DNA of 63,530 nt, counting the filler, from Octopus bimaculoides (lineage: Eukaryota): assembly GCF_001194135.2 (NCBI RefSeq). It is 6 parts of 6 records of this genome, joined end to end, with 100 filler letters (N's around TTAATTAATTAA, not from the genome) between each part and the next. Parts side by side here need not be neighbours in the genome. Positions count along the whole stretch, not along the records: positions 17,972 to 35,889 come from NC_068983.1; positions 35,990 to 42,209 come from NC_069008.1; 4 more parts are not named here. One strand, 5' to 3'. A program made the translations under genes and the position numbers. Positions within the stretch are counted from its first letter, which is position 1. Every line of letters begins with the position of its first letter. This document shows, piece by piece, positions 27,158-37,798 of this stretch. The notes below the pieces were generated by a model that saw nothing but the letters and a program-made list of their open reading frames with translations, had not been told where the DNA came from and did no database searches.

Positions 27158-27858
27158 CTTCTTTCATTTTTCCTGAGCATTAACGAAAATACACCCTTTT
27201 TATTTTTCTTTCAGCTCATCTTTGAGCATCCTAATTTTGGACTATATAATCTTAAGTATAGTTAGGCAGTACAAAGTATGAGCGGCATAATGCAGTGCAG
27301 AGTTTTAAAAATTCGTAAACATCCGAGTGAAAGATACTGGCACAACATGAATATGCACTCTAAGCTACCATGTCTCGGTGAAAAAAAAAAAAAAAAAAAA
27401 AAAANNNNNNNNNNNNNNNNNNNNNNNNNNNNNNNNNNNNNNNNNNNNNNNNNNNNNNNNNNNNNNNNNNNNNNNNNNNNNNNNNNNNNNNNNNNNNNNN
27501 NNNNNNNNNNNNNNNNNNNNNNNNNNNNNNNNNNNNNNNNNNNNNNNNNNNNNNNNNNNNNNNNNNNNNNNNNNNNNNNNNNNNNNNNNNNNNNNNNNNN
27601 NNNNNNNNNNNNNNNNNNNNNNNNNNNNNNNNNNNNNNNNNNNNNNNNNNNNNNNNNNNNNNNNNNNNNNNNNNNNNNNNNNNNNNNNNNNNNNNNNNNN
27701 NNNNNNNNNNNNNNNNNNNNNNNNNNNNNNNNNNNNNNNNNNNNNNNNNNNNNNNNNNNNNNNNNNNNNNNNNNNNNNNNNNNNNNNNNNNNNNNNNNNN
27801 NNNNNNNNNNNNNNNNNNNNNNNNNNNNNNNNNNNNNNNNNNNNNNNNNNNNNNNNNN

Positions 27859-27916
<58 letters not shown>

Positions 27917-27987
27917 GAAATTCCCGCCATGAAGTACAATACAGTAAACATATTTTTTGTCGACGATCATATTATATTGCTTTCAGA

Positions 27988-28194
27988 TTTTGGCACAAAG
28001 CCTGCAGTTTCGAGTAAGAGGGTAAGTCGATTACATCGACCCCACTACTCAACTGGTACTTATTTTATTGACCCCGAAAGGATGAAAGTCGAATTTGACC
28101 TCAATGGAATATGAACTCATAACGCAAAGATGGACGAAATGACGCTAAGCCTATCGACCGGCATGCGAACGATTTTACCAACTCGTCGCCTTAA
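27988..28194 (-). mobile_element. SINE family A, near full length
   Basis: Reverse complement of the GGCGACGAGTTGG..AATCGTT head through TGAGTTCATATTCC and the GTGCCAAAA tail. Confidence 0.85.
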
Positions 28195-28361
28195 CGATCA
28201 TATTGTATCAATCTCAATAATCATGAAAGCCAAATAAATTAACAAACGCATAGAAGTATACTCATAAAGGCATACACACACATGTATGTATGTATGTATG
28301 TATGTATGTATGTATGTATGTATGTATGTATAAATATATATATAATATAATACACACACAC

Positions 28362-28392
<31 letters not shown>

Positions 28393-28968
28393 NNNNNNNN
28401 NNNNNNNNNNNNNNNNNNNNNNNNNNNNNNNNNNNNNNNNNNNNNNNNNNNNNNNNNNNNNNNNNNNNNNNNNNNNNNNNNNNNNNNNNNNNNNNNNNNN
28501 NNNNNNNNNNNNNNNNNNNNNNNNNNNNNNNNNNNNNNNNNNNNNNNNNNNNNNNNNNNNNNNNNNNNNNNNNNNNNNNNNNNNNNNNNNNNNNNNNNNN
28601 NNNNNNNNNNNNNNNNNNNNNNNNNNNNNNNNNNNNNNNNNNNNNNNNNNNNNNNNNNNNNNNNNNNNNNNNNNNNNNNNNNNNNNNNNNNNNNNNNNNN
28701 NNNNNNNNNNNNNNNNNNNNNNNNNNNNNNNNNNNNNNNNNNNNNNNNNNNNNNNNNNNNNNNNNNATTATATGTATTTATTTTCTCTTAGTTAACAATT
28801 AACTCCGACAAAACAAATTGGTTAACAAATACCAGGGTAGCAAAGATCACAAAATGACTGTGGTGTAACTCCTGTTTACGAGGTAGAAACTCTCTGTTAG
28901 TTTGGGGTATTTGAGTAAATATAAAATTTAATAAATGGAGTAATACGCATATGTTAAATGAGTTCTTT

Positions 28969-29059
28969 TATTTCAGACATATGTTTGGAAATTACAAATG
29001 GTTACTTCCAAAGGAATAAGTGATGTTGATAAGGATGTCATCTTCTCTTCAGGGAAATA
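28969..29059 (-). ncRNA. Hammerhead ribozyme pseudo-copy (left arm of fold-back), GAAA mutated to CAAA
   Basis: Minus strand UAUUUCC-CUGAAGA-GAAGAUGACA...UGUAAUUUC-CAAA-CAUAUG-U-C-UGAAAUA; stem I 6 of 7 pairs. Confidence 0.6.
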
Positions 29060-29137
29060 CATAAGAGCTGACTTAACCGTAAGACATTTTAACCGTAAGA
29101 CATTCGGTTAAAATGTCTTACGTCAGCTCTTATTATG

Positions 29138-29228
29138 TATTTCCCTGAAGAGAAGATTACATCTTTATCAACATCACTTATTCCTTTGGAAGGAACCATT
29201 TGTAATCTTCGAAACATATATATATGTC
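29138..29228 (+). ncRNA. Hammerhead ribozyme motif (right arm of fold-back), core intact, stem I 3' strand lost
   Basis: CUGAAGA 29145-51; perfect 10-bp stem II 29152-61/29201-10; GAAA 29211-14; 14-nt palindromic stem III ACAUAUAUAUAUGU; GUC triplet (C29228); sequence beyond is a CR1/L2 fragment. Confidence 0.7.
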
Positions 29229-29229
29229 T

Positions 29230-29748
29230 TGATGCAACATATCAGCTACTGGAAAAAAACCGAAAGAATTTAAACTCTTCTCCCTTGAACGAAGGCGGGA
29301 AAGATATGCAGTGATATACATCTGGAGAATCCTAGAAGGCCTTGTACCAAACTTTGGCATTGAAAGTTACTCACACTGCAGAACGGGGCGCCACTGCACA
29401 GTGGCAAAGATCCCAGCATCGCCATCAAACTACAGGACCAGATACAGCAACAGCTTGGGCTTCAAAGGCCCACAGCTCTTCAATATCCTTCCAAGATGCC
29501 TGAGGCCAGCATGGTATGGATGTAAGTCTCTTTAAAACAAAACTGGATCTCGTTCTGTCAAGGGTTCCTGACGAGCCTACCTCACGGCAGGAAACACAGA
29601 TGAGGGCAGCGGCATCAAACTCCCTCATTGACCAAATGCCACATATCAGAGGAGGTTTCAAGTATTGGTGTAGCTCAGTGAACGGTAGTACCCCAGCATG
29701 GCCACAGCTTTGAAGCTGAAACATTTTAAAAGATTTAAAAGATTTAAA
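29230..29748 (+). mobile_element. 5'-truncated CR1/L2-type LINE 3' end with (AAAGATTT)n tail
   Basis: SYW..LKE.KLFSLERRRERYAVIYIWRILEGLVPNF...FKGPQLFNILP...FKTKLDLVLSRVPDEP...SNSLIDQ, one frameshift, then a tandem AAAGATTT tail. Confidence 0.88.
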
Positions 29749-30046
29749 GATTATGTATATTTTTTTCTAGTAAATGTATTTAATATTCTGTGTAAATCGA
29801 CTTGCCTAACTTGGTGCTCATTACATTTACTCATGTATGTATGTATGTATGTATGTATGTATGTATGTATGTATGTATGTATGTATGTATATATGTATAT
29901 ATATATATGTATGTATGTATATNNNNNNNNNNCATCACGAATGGCAAGCGAATTATCAGCCGTACAGGCAAAATTAATAAAATATATACATACAATATTA
30001 GATATGTACATATATACACAAGGGCACTACGTGAGCACCTACAGAC

Positions 30047-30104
30047 TTTGGCTGATGAGAAATTATACACCTATTTGGCGCTAAATTTCGAAACCGGTAC
30101 CAAG
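30047..30104 (+). ncRNA. Type I hammerhead ribozyme motif, canonical core, GUA cleavage triplet
   Basis: Stem I UUUGG(30047-51)/CCAAG(30100-04); CUGAUGA 30052-58; stem II GAAAUU(30059-64)/AAUUUC(30084-89); GAAA 30090-93; palindromic stem III ACCGGU; H17=A30099. Confidence 0.8.
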
Positions 30105-30304
30105 TTGATCAGCATTTACTTGCTCTGACTCAGTAGAGGTAAGACATTATTATTGTTCACTGATGTTTTTTCCTATCATGTCTGTAATAGATTTGTGACT
30201 ATTCGGTGGTACAAAAGTATTTTTTGACTTCTACTTTTGAGCGATGTAGGTGCTCATGTAGTGCCTTTGTGTATATATGTACATATCTAATATTGTATAC
30301 ACTT

Positions 30305-30800
30305 TTACTCTTTTACTTGTTTCAGTCATTTGATTGTGGCCATGCTGGAGCACCGCCTTTAGTGGAGCAAATCGACCCCAGGACTTATTCTTTTGGAAAC
30401 TTAGTACTTATTCTATCGGTCTATTTTGCCGAACCGCTAATTTACGGGAACGTAAACACAGCAGCATCGGTTGTCAAGCGATGTTGGGGGGACAAACACA
30501 GACACACAAACATATACACACATGTATGTATATATCTTATGTATGTATGTATGTATGTATGTATGTATGTATGTATGTATGTATGTATGTATCTCGGTAT
30601 GTACTTCTGTCTTCGTGTCTGTGTTTGTTCCCCACCACCGCTTGAGAACCAGTAGCAGCGTGTTTACGTCCCCGTGACTTAACGGTTCCACCCGAGTTCT
30701 TTTTTTTTTAAACCTGGCACTTATTCTGTCGGTCTGTTTTGCTGAACTCCTCCGTCACGGAGACGTAAACTCAAACACTAGTAGTCAAGCGGTAGTGACA
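30305..30800 (-). mobile_element. SINE family B 3' part with TATG microsatellite, plus two inverted partial copies (30600-30800)
   Basis: TTCAGTCATTTGATTGTGGCCATGCTGGAGCACCGCC...GTTGTCAAGCG matches 39760-39900 and 48125-48280. Confidence 0.7.
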
Positions 30801-31314
30801 CACACACACACACACACACACAAATACACACACACACACACACACACACATCGACACAGAGACACAGACACAGACACACACAAATGAGAGGATATATATA
30901 TTTATATATCTACATATCTTTCTCCCTTTCACCCTTTTTCTCTCTATATATATATGTGTATATACTACCCCTTCTCCTCCGCCTCCACTTCCCCTCCTCC
31001 TCCACTTCCCCTCCTCCTCCACTTCCCCNNNNNNNNNNNNNNNNNNNNNNNNNNNNNNNNNNNNNNNNNNNNNNNNNNNNNNNNNNNNNNNNNNNNNNNN
31101 NNNNNNNNNNNNNNNNNNNNNNNNNNNNNNNNNNNNNNNNNNNNNNNNNNNNNNNNNNNNNNNNNNNNNNNNNNNNNNNNNNNNNNNNNNNNNNNNNNNN
31201 NNNNNNNNNNNNNNNNNNNNNNNNNNNNNNNNNNNNNNNNNNNNNNNNNNNNNNNNNNNNNNNNNNNNNNNNNNNNNNNNNNNNNNNNNNNNNNNNNNNN
31301 NNNNNNNNNNCTCA

Positions 31315-31393
<79 letters not shown>

Positions 31394-32199
31394 GATAATA
31401 GTAATAGTAATAACAACTACAACAACAATAATGATAATGTATTTCATGTTGCCTGGGACCTCGGGGTTCGCCTAACGCCATTAGGTCCCAGACTTTACGA
31501 ACTTGAAAATAAATCTGACTCTACTGTCAATATTAACTCCCAGCAATAAATATTCAGTTGCTATTCTTAAACTGGCTTTTAAACAATAGATTCAATGTAA
31601 GACATATATAATACGATGTGATATATGTACATATTTATATTATCAGATATCAAAACATTCTGAGATATCGAAAAGAAACCATAAAAACATTAGTAAAAGA
31701 TACGATGCTGACATTTGTCTGTATAAATCACCGATTGCAATTTACTGTAACCTTTTAGCTATTTCTTGGCTGCTGACTTATAATTTCATCAATGTCGTTT
31801 TAAGTATGTGAATTATTGAATTGACCAGGTTAGCTGTACTTTTAAACACTTCGCCTCTCTGCTGATAACTGACATTTTGTCCTTACCTATTGTCACACAT
31901 CACATGACAAATGATGCACTATCAAACGCACTAGCTGCCATTCTATACCAGGATACTGGTCAATATCAATGAGTTGTGACTCCATAGTTTAATGAAATTA
32001 AAAGTTCTGATCAATTGAAAGATAATGAATAATTTATTAAAGTTTATTTTTGTTGGTCTGTTGTTTTTCGATAATTAAAGAGAAATATTTGTTTACACAT
32101 TCATCTCAAAATAATATTACCTGAAAAAAATAAACAAAATCAATCATTATTACAGCAGAGTGCAAACTCCACTATGAAAGACAAAATAATTATCTCAGT

Positions 32200-32385
32200 C
32201 TTAGCGAAGGCGGAGGTATTGTTTCCGTCGTGTTTGTTTGTTTGTTTGTCCGTGGACAATATATCTCAAGAACTGCTGGATGGATTCGGGTGAAACTTTC
32301 AAGGATGTTTGACCTCGTGACTGACACGAAGTGATTAAATTTTGGGATCGATCCGGTACCGGACAAGTATTCTGGATTATATTTT
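32200..32385 (+). repeat. Dispersed ~185-bp repeat (copy 1), unclassified non-autonomous element
   Basis: TTAGCGAAGGCGGAGGTATTGTTT...CCGTGGACAA..ATCTCAAGAAC.GCTGGATGGATTCGG.TGAAACTTTCA...TTCTGGATTAT also occurs at 36958-37140. Confidence 0.85.
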
Positions 32386-32878
32386 AATATTTTTTTTTAC
32401 TTTACATGTATATGTAAAGTTTCTCATAGTTCTCTTGTACACGCACACACATACACACATTTATCTCCTCTGCTTTCACCTCTCACTCCGGCGCATTGTT
32501 TTATATATATATATATAATCATAAATATACAGGGATTAGCATTGAGTTGCTTCTCCAACATACTGAAAATTTAGAAATAGCAGTCAAAGAACTACTGATT
32601 CTAAACTACAAATTTTTCTCTAAATGGATGGCGATATTTATGGCACACATAGAACAAAAAAAAACCGGAGGGGAAAGCATAAACAAAACAAGTCTTTAGT
32701 TAATCGGATACGATCGTTTCATGGTTAAGAGAATGAAAAATCCCTATTCCAATCCTCAGTCCGATATTCTGATAAATTTGAAAGTGTCTCTATTATTAAT
32801 TGATTATTCTATTCTTAATTCTATTATTAATTGACGATTCCCTGCCCTTATTCTTGTATATTTTATATATATATATAT

Positions 32879-32940
32879 ATTATGCTGATGAGCGGAGTCT
32901 AGAATCATTCTGGTAATCGCGAAATCGGTCGATACATAGT
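32879..32940 (+). ncRNA. Type I hammerhead ribozyme motif, canonical core, AUA cleavage triplet
   Basis: Stem I AUUAUG(32879-84)/CAUAGU(32935-40); CUGAUGA 32885-91; stem II GCGG/UCGC plus inner hairpin CUAGAA/UUCUGG; GAAA 32921-24; stem III AUCG/CGAU; H17=A32934. Confidence 0.78.
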
Positions 32941-33064
32941 TGAGTTATTCAAACGAAAATTGGTCTTCTTCTGTTGGTTGTTTTTNNNNNNNNNNNNNNN
33001 NNNNNNNNNNNNNNNNNNNNNNNNNNNNNNNNNNNNNNNNNNNNNNNNNNNNNNNNNNNNNNNN

Positions 33065-33102
<38 letters not shown>

Positions 33103-33559
33103 ATTTGACGTGGGCGATTCTTTCTTTTCTTGAGATTCACGGTCAAACGGCTGGGTGGAACTGCACGAAAAATTACGCAGATATGTAGAATGATCCGGTG
33201 GTGATGCTAGGCTTTGTATTTTATCATAGCTCCCATGGTTACCGAGACAATCTACTATAATAATACTCTTGTGTTTATGAATGAGAAAGGAAGGGGGTGA
33301 TTTCATATTTTTTCATGGCTCCCATGGTTACCGAGATAATCTACTATAATAATACTCTTGTGTCTATGAATAAAAAAGGAAGGGGAAATAGATGAATAAG
33401 GAAGAAAGGGGTTTCAATTCAGTGTGAATATATGAGTGTGTATGTAAATGGGGTGGGTATGTGAATGTGCGTGTGTGTGCTTGTGCAAACAATAAAAAGT
33501 GCTTTTGAAGAAAATATGGGGATTTGGTCATGTTACCAATGTTCGTAATATCTTATGAG

Positions 33560-34030
33560 GGGTTGAAAAAAATGCTGAGGTAAGTACATTTTATCTGGTT
33601 TTATTGTCTTCGTTTTTGATTGCAACAATGACTGTATTTAAGAGTGGCTGTTTGAAACTCGTGATCTGGAGAGTTTCTGAAAATAATATCACCTTAATCG
33701 GGATGTGCTAGAATCTCCAGCACGAAGTTTTTCGTGGCCTACTACGAGGGTTACACATTTTTATTGTCGGCCAGGTCGTGTGAAATGGCTGTGTTCTTTT
33801 GGAAACACCAACGTATCGTGGTACAATTCATCTTTACGAATCCTGACGATACGCTTGTGTGTCTAAATGTGAGTTGATGTGATAGAGATGTCCTGAGATT
33901 GGTGTTTCGATGAGAGCAAAATGACTAGATTTCTTCAGACATGGAGATCTTTCTGGGTACTACACAGTCATTACAATTTGTGTCATCCAGTTCGTATTTA
34001 TATGTTTTAGGGTAGTTTGTTAGATCATTG
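33560..34030 (-). mobile_element. Possible Penelope-like GIY-YIG endonuclease remnant
   Basis: Minus strand NCNDC...TNLRTSLSHQL...KNTAISHDLADNKN resembles the C..C / R.LKTR..EH / SAIAEH pattern; heavily degenerate. Confidence 0.35.
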
Positions 34031-34899
34031 GATATCTACGGCTTAAGTTGTTCACGTCTTCATATAGGAAAATAACTAAAAGCAATTCACACACACACAC
34101 ACACACACNNNNNNNNNNNNNNNNNNNNNNNNNNNNNNNNNNNNNNNNNNNNNNNNNNNNNNNNNNNNNNNNNNNNNNNNNNNNNNNNNNNNNNNNNNNN
34201 NNNNNNNNNNNNNNNNNNNNNNNNNNNNNNNNNNNNNNNNNNNNNNNNNNNNNNNNNNNNNNNNNNNNNNNNNNNNNNNNNNNNNNNNNNNNNNNNNNNN
34301 NNNNNNNNNNNNNNNNNNNNNNNNNNNNNNNNNNNNNNNNNNNNNNNNNNNNNNNNNNNNNNNNTTAAAGTAAAATCGACTTTATTTAAAAACAAATTGT
34401 CAGGTAAAAGTCACACAACCTCTAAAACACGAGATGAAAGCAAAAACATTGAAAGAATGGTAAGTGTTCTTTGCTCTAATGAACAATATATTGACATTAT
34501 TAGATTACTATTAGACATGGACACAATGTCCAACACATATTCGCATTATACAAGCGATATACGAGCTGTGGACAAAAAATGAAAAACGTAAGAAAAATAT
34601 AATATAAACAATACAGAAGATCTCCCAAACAAGATCTCCCCAAAAGAAATAGAACAATTCATAGACAGAAAACACAGAAAAGAAAGCATCAGCTAGCTCA
34701 TAAAAAGATAATATACCGCAAGTCAATGAGTGTATTACAATAGACTCCATTATAAATAAAGCACATAACTTCGCAAAAAAAGAAAAGTACAACACAAAAA
34801 CAAGCTCAAGTACAATATTGAAACCTCAAATTACATGAAATTTCTACAAGACCTATTTCACAAGAAATAAATGAGGTATACAATCAAAAACAGACGTAA

Positions 34900-35720
34900 A
34901 GAAAAAAAACGTGCTAAAAACCAAAATGATAAAAAGTTACAGAAATCTCTACGTTAACATTCAACTACAAAAACCACCACAACGAAAGTATATTCTCGAC
35001 CCTTTACTTAAGAATAAAAACATCATAAATATACTTTGCAACAGATCAACTAGAATTAACTTTGAAGAGATTCTAACAGAAACAATTAAGAAAATAGAAA
35101 AGTGGATGACAAACTCATTGAACACGGATCAATGGAAGCCTTTAGTTGAGTTACACAAGAACAAGCAAATCGACAAAAAAAATTTTATAAATGTAACATG
35201 TAGTGGCAGCAAATTCTGTTCATAGAAATAAACTATTCGAATGTCGACAAATTGAATAAATTACTATAAGTGGTTGTATCCAGGGAGATAGGAATGTTGT
35301 TAATAGAGTCAAACACACCATTGCCAAACTTAAATGAAATACAGTGAAAGAAAACTACATATGACTTCAAAAAACCCCAAAAGGAAAAAAAAAAAGGAAA
35401 AGAAAACCAAAAAGCGTTAAAACCTACCCTAGCAAAACAGAAATGGAATATCCAAAATGAAAAGGCAAAGTAACCAAAGTAATAAAAAAAATATAACCAT
35501 CTAATAACATAAGAAAGGCGTAAGTGAATCATGTTACCGTTAACAAGCAGGATAAAACGCATCGAGAACCATGCTTCTTTTGCTATATATTTTAAATCAA
35601 ATATCAACAGATTTTACAAAAAAAAAAAGAAAAGGATTGGAGGAAACTCCAATGCCAACGTTAACACCACTAGCGATGGAAGTTCTGTTAAACTGGGATG
35701 GAAGTGGGACAAGATATTCA
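34900..35720 (+). mobile_element. Possible Penelope-like RT remnant
   Basis: INFEEILTE, WKPLVELHKNKQI (cf. ALKEL..NKNI.I..ADKG) and ETPMPTLTPLAME (cf. MGSPLSP..A.L.ME); A-rich and degenerate. Confidence 0.3.
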
Positions 35721-35989
35721 GCAATAAATGCAACACGTCTACCAAATGCAAAATACATTAGCTCCCCTCAAAAAAAACAAAACAGAAAAAACAAAAACAA
35801 AAACAAAAAACAACCACTTGTGTTAGAAATGAACCCTGAAAACAATGAGAATGTTGCAGCAGAGCATATATCACAGGAAAATAAAGAGGNNNNNNNNNNN
35901 NNNNNNNNNNNNNNNNNNNNNNNNNNNNNNNNNTTAATTAATTAANNNNNNNNNNNNNNNNNNNNNNNNNNNNNNNNNNNNNNNNNNNN

Positions 35990-36095
35990 GGCAAAGTAAA
36001 CCTCTGTGGAATTTGAACTCAGAACATAAAGACAGACGAAATACCGCTCAGCATTTCGCCTGGCGTGCTGACGATTCTGCCAGCTCGCCACCCTA
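35990..36095 (-). mobile_element. SINE family A, 5' half
   Basis: GAATTTGAACTCAGAAC...CTGACGATTCTGCCAGCTCGCCACC is the reverse complement of the family head. Confidence 0.85.
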
Positions 36096-36298
36096 TGAAA
36101 TAAACAAATTATGAAACTTGACGCAGATCAAGTAGAAGACTTGTTCACATAACTAAAAGGAATGTCAGATTTTTTTACTTTATGTGTCTCCTTTCAAGTG
36201 TGTGTGTGTGTTTCTTTTGCTCTGTTATTCTATGTTCATCTGTTGTTTCCTTAACGAACTCATGCAATCTCGTTATTCTTTGCAGGTTGTTTGCCACA

Positions 36299-36788
36299 AT
36301 GAGTTCGAAACGGAGGACATTGAAACAATCATGGCACTCAAATATTTCACCACAGAAGAAAAAGACAATGACGACGACGACGACGACGACGAAAGCAACG
36401 TCGACGACAATGAAAAAATCAATGCTGTTGTTGTTAACGATGACAGCCTCCTTATTTCTTGTTGACCTCCACGTACAGCCGATTTCTGCCGAAAACGCCA
36501 GCGACCGTGATGACGTCAACAACCCGCACGCCTTCACCTTCAACGTTGCCGGCAGCTCCTTTGTCTCCTTCCACCCTGTCTATTCAAACAAACAGCACCA
36601 ACGGCTGGGATTGAACTTCCGAACCTTCCAGTCAGACTCGATGCTGCTCTACCACACCACTGACAATGTCGATCCCCAGCTGCATCCTCTGCTCAAGATC
36701 TATGAACTAAGGGCGGAACTGAGGCAAGGGAGCCTCCACGTGCACTACCGTCTTAACGAGTTCCTTGACAATTTTGTCATTGGACAAA
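36299..36788 (+). CDS. Axotactin-like (neurexin/Caspr superfamily) LamG-EGF protein, first coding exon: signal peptide and start of laminin-G domain
   Basis: Acceptor ttctttgcAG at 36284-36285, ATG 36299 in GCCACAATGA context, hydrophobic MLLLLTMTASLFLV..ISA signal-like segment, LamG-like strands (FTFNVAGSSFVSF, LGLNFRTFQSDSMLLYH, ELRQGSLHVHY), donor GTAAGT at 36789 (phase 1). Start could alternatively be 36368 or 36410. Confidence 0.85.
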
Positions 36789-36907
36789 GTAAGTCAATTT
36801 CAAGTTTTCTCCTCGATCTCCTCCTCCTTCTCCTCTTCCTCCCTTCTTCTGCATCACTGTTTTCATTAGGACTTATTTGCAGCATTATCAATGTTATCAA
36901 TAATTAT

Positions 36908-36951
<44 letters not shown>

Positions 36952-36957
36952 CTTTGC

Positions 36958-37140
36958 CTTAGCAAAGGCAGAGGTACTGTTTTCAGTTATGTTTGTTTGG
37001 TTTGTTTGTCCGTGGACAAGATATCTCAAGAACCGCTGGATGGATTCGGATGAAACTTTCAGGGATGTTTGGCCTCATGACTGACTTGAACTAATTAGAT
37101 TTGGGGATCAATCCAGTATCAGATAAGGATTCTGGATTAT
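36958..37140 (+). repeat. Dispersed ~185-bp repeat (copy 2), in the intron after coding exon 1, next to a (TTA)n run
   Basis: Direct similarity to 32200-32385. Confidence 0.85.
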
Positions 37141-37798
37141 TTGTTATATTTACATGTATCCATACAATATACACACAGTCCTTTCTGTATGATAAGCACT
37201 CAAAGCCCGATGCTTATGCATCACCTCATAGCTCCTTTTTTCCCTTGTCCTTTATTTAATTTCACATATATTTGTTCTTCCGTCTCCTACCCCTTTTCAA
37301 TGTTTTTCATGGGGTAGGTAACCATGCTGTTTGGTGCATTCTGTTGCAGCCCTTCCTTCCTGATACTAACCCTTGCGGAAGTTTCACGTACAGGAATTCT
37401 CATTCCTGGTATTTCCAATGGCACAAACTGTCCAAATGATTTCTCGACAGAAGAAACAAAAATAAAAAAAAACACATTCAACCAACTGCACTTTTGTTCA
37501 CTCAGTTGCAGATGCAGACAACATGCACACATGCATATATACAAAAAAAGCTGTTATAAAAACGATAATGATGCACAAATATGCAACACACACATACACT
37601 CATATTTAAGAAGCCACCTGCGTACAAGAAAATATTCTCAATTAGAGGACTCCCGATTCACTGAGTCATAAAGAGTAATATAATTCATTCATTTTCTAAT
37701 ATTGTCTTGTGTGAAACATTTGGCCTTTTGTAGTAAATCATTTTTATTATAATTTTTATCGAATAAATATTAATGAATTGATTTTTGTTGTTCTTCAG

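Larger units (their letters stand above)
28969..29228. repeat. Near-perfect ~260-bp palindrome (inverted duplication) with a tandem 16-mer TTAACCGTAAGACATT at its centre
   Basis: The left arm (to ~29072) is the reverse complement of the right arm (from ~29122); GTAAGACATTTTAACCG 29079-95 is the reverse complement of 29105-21. Confidence 0.9.

Noticed and set aside
29568-29600. CTGACGA...GAAA in the CR1/L2 3' end
   Set aside because: It arises from the VPDEP codons; G10.1 faces G, and there is no stem III or stem I.
33905-33940. Minus-strand CTGAAGA...CGAAAC
   Set aside because: Stem II does not close (A opposite C) and there is no palindromic stem III/NUH.
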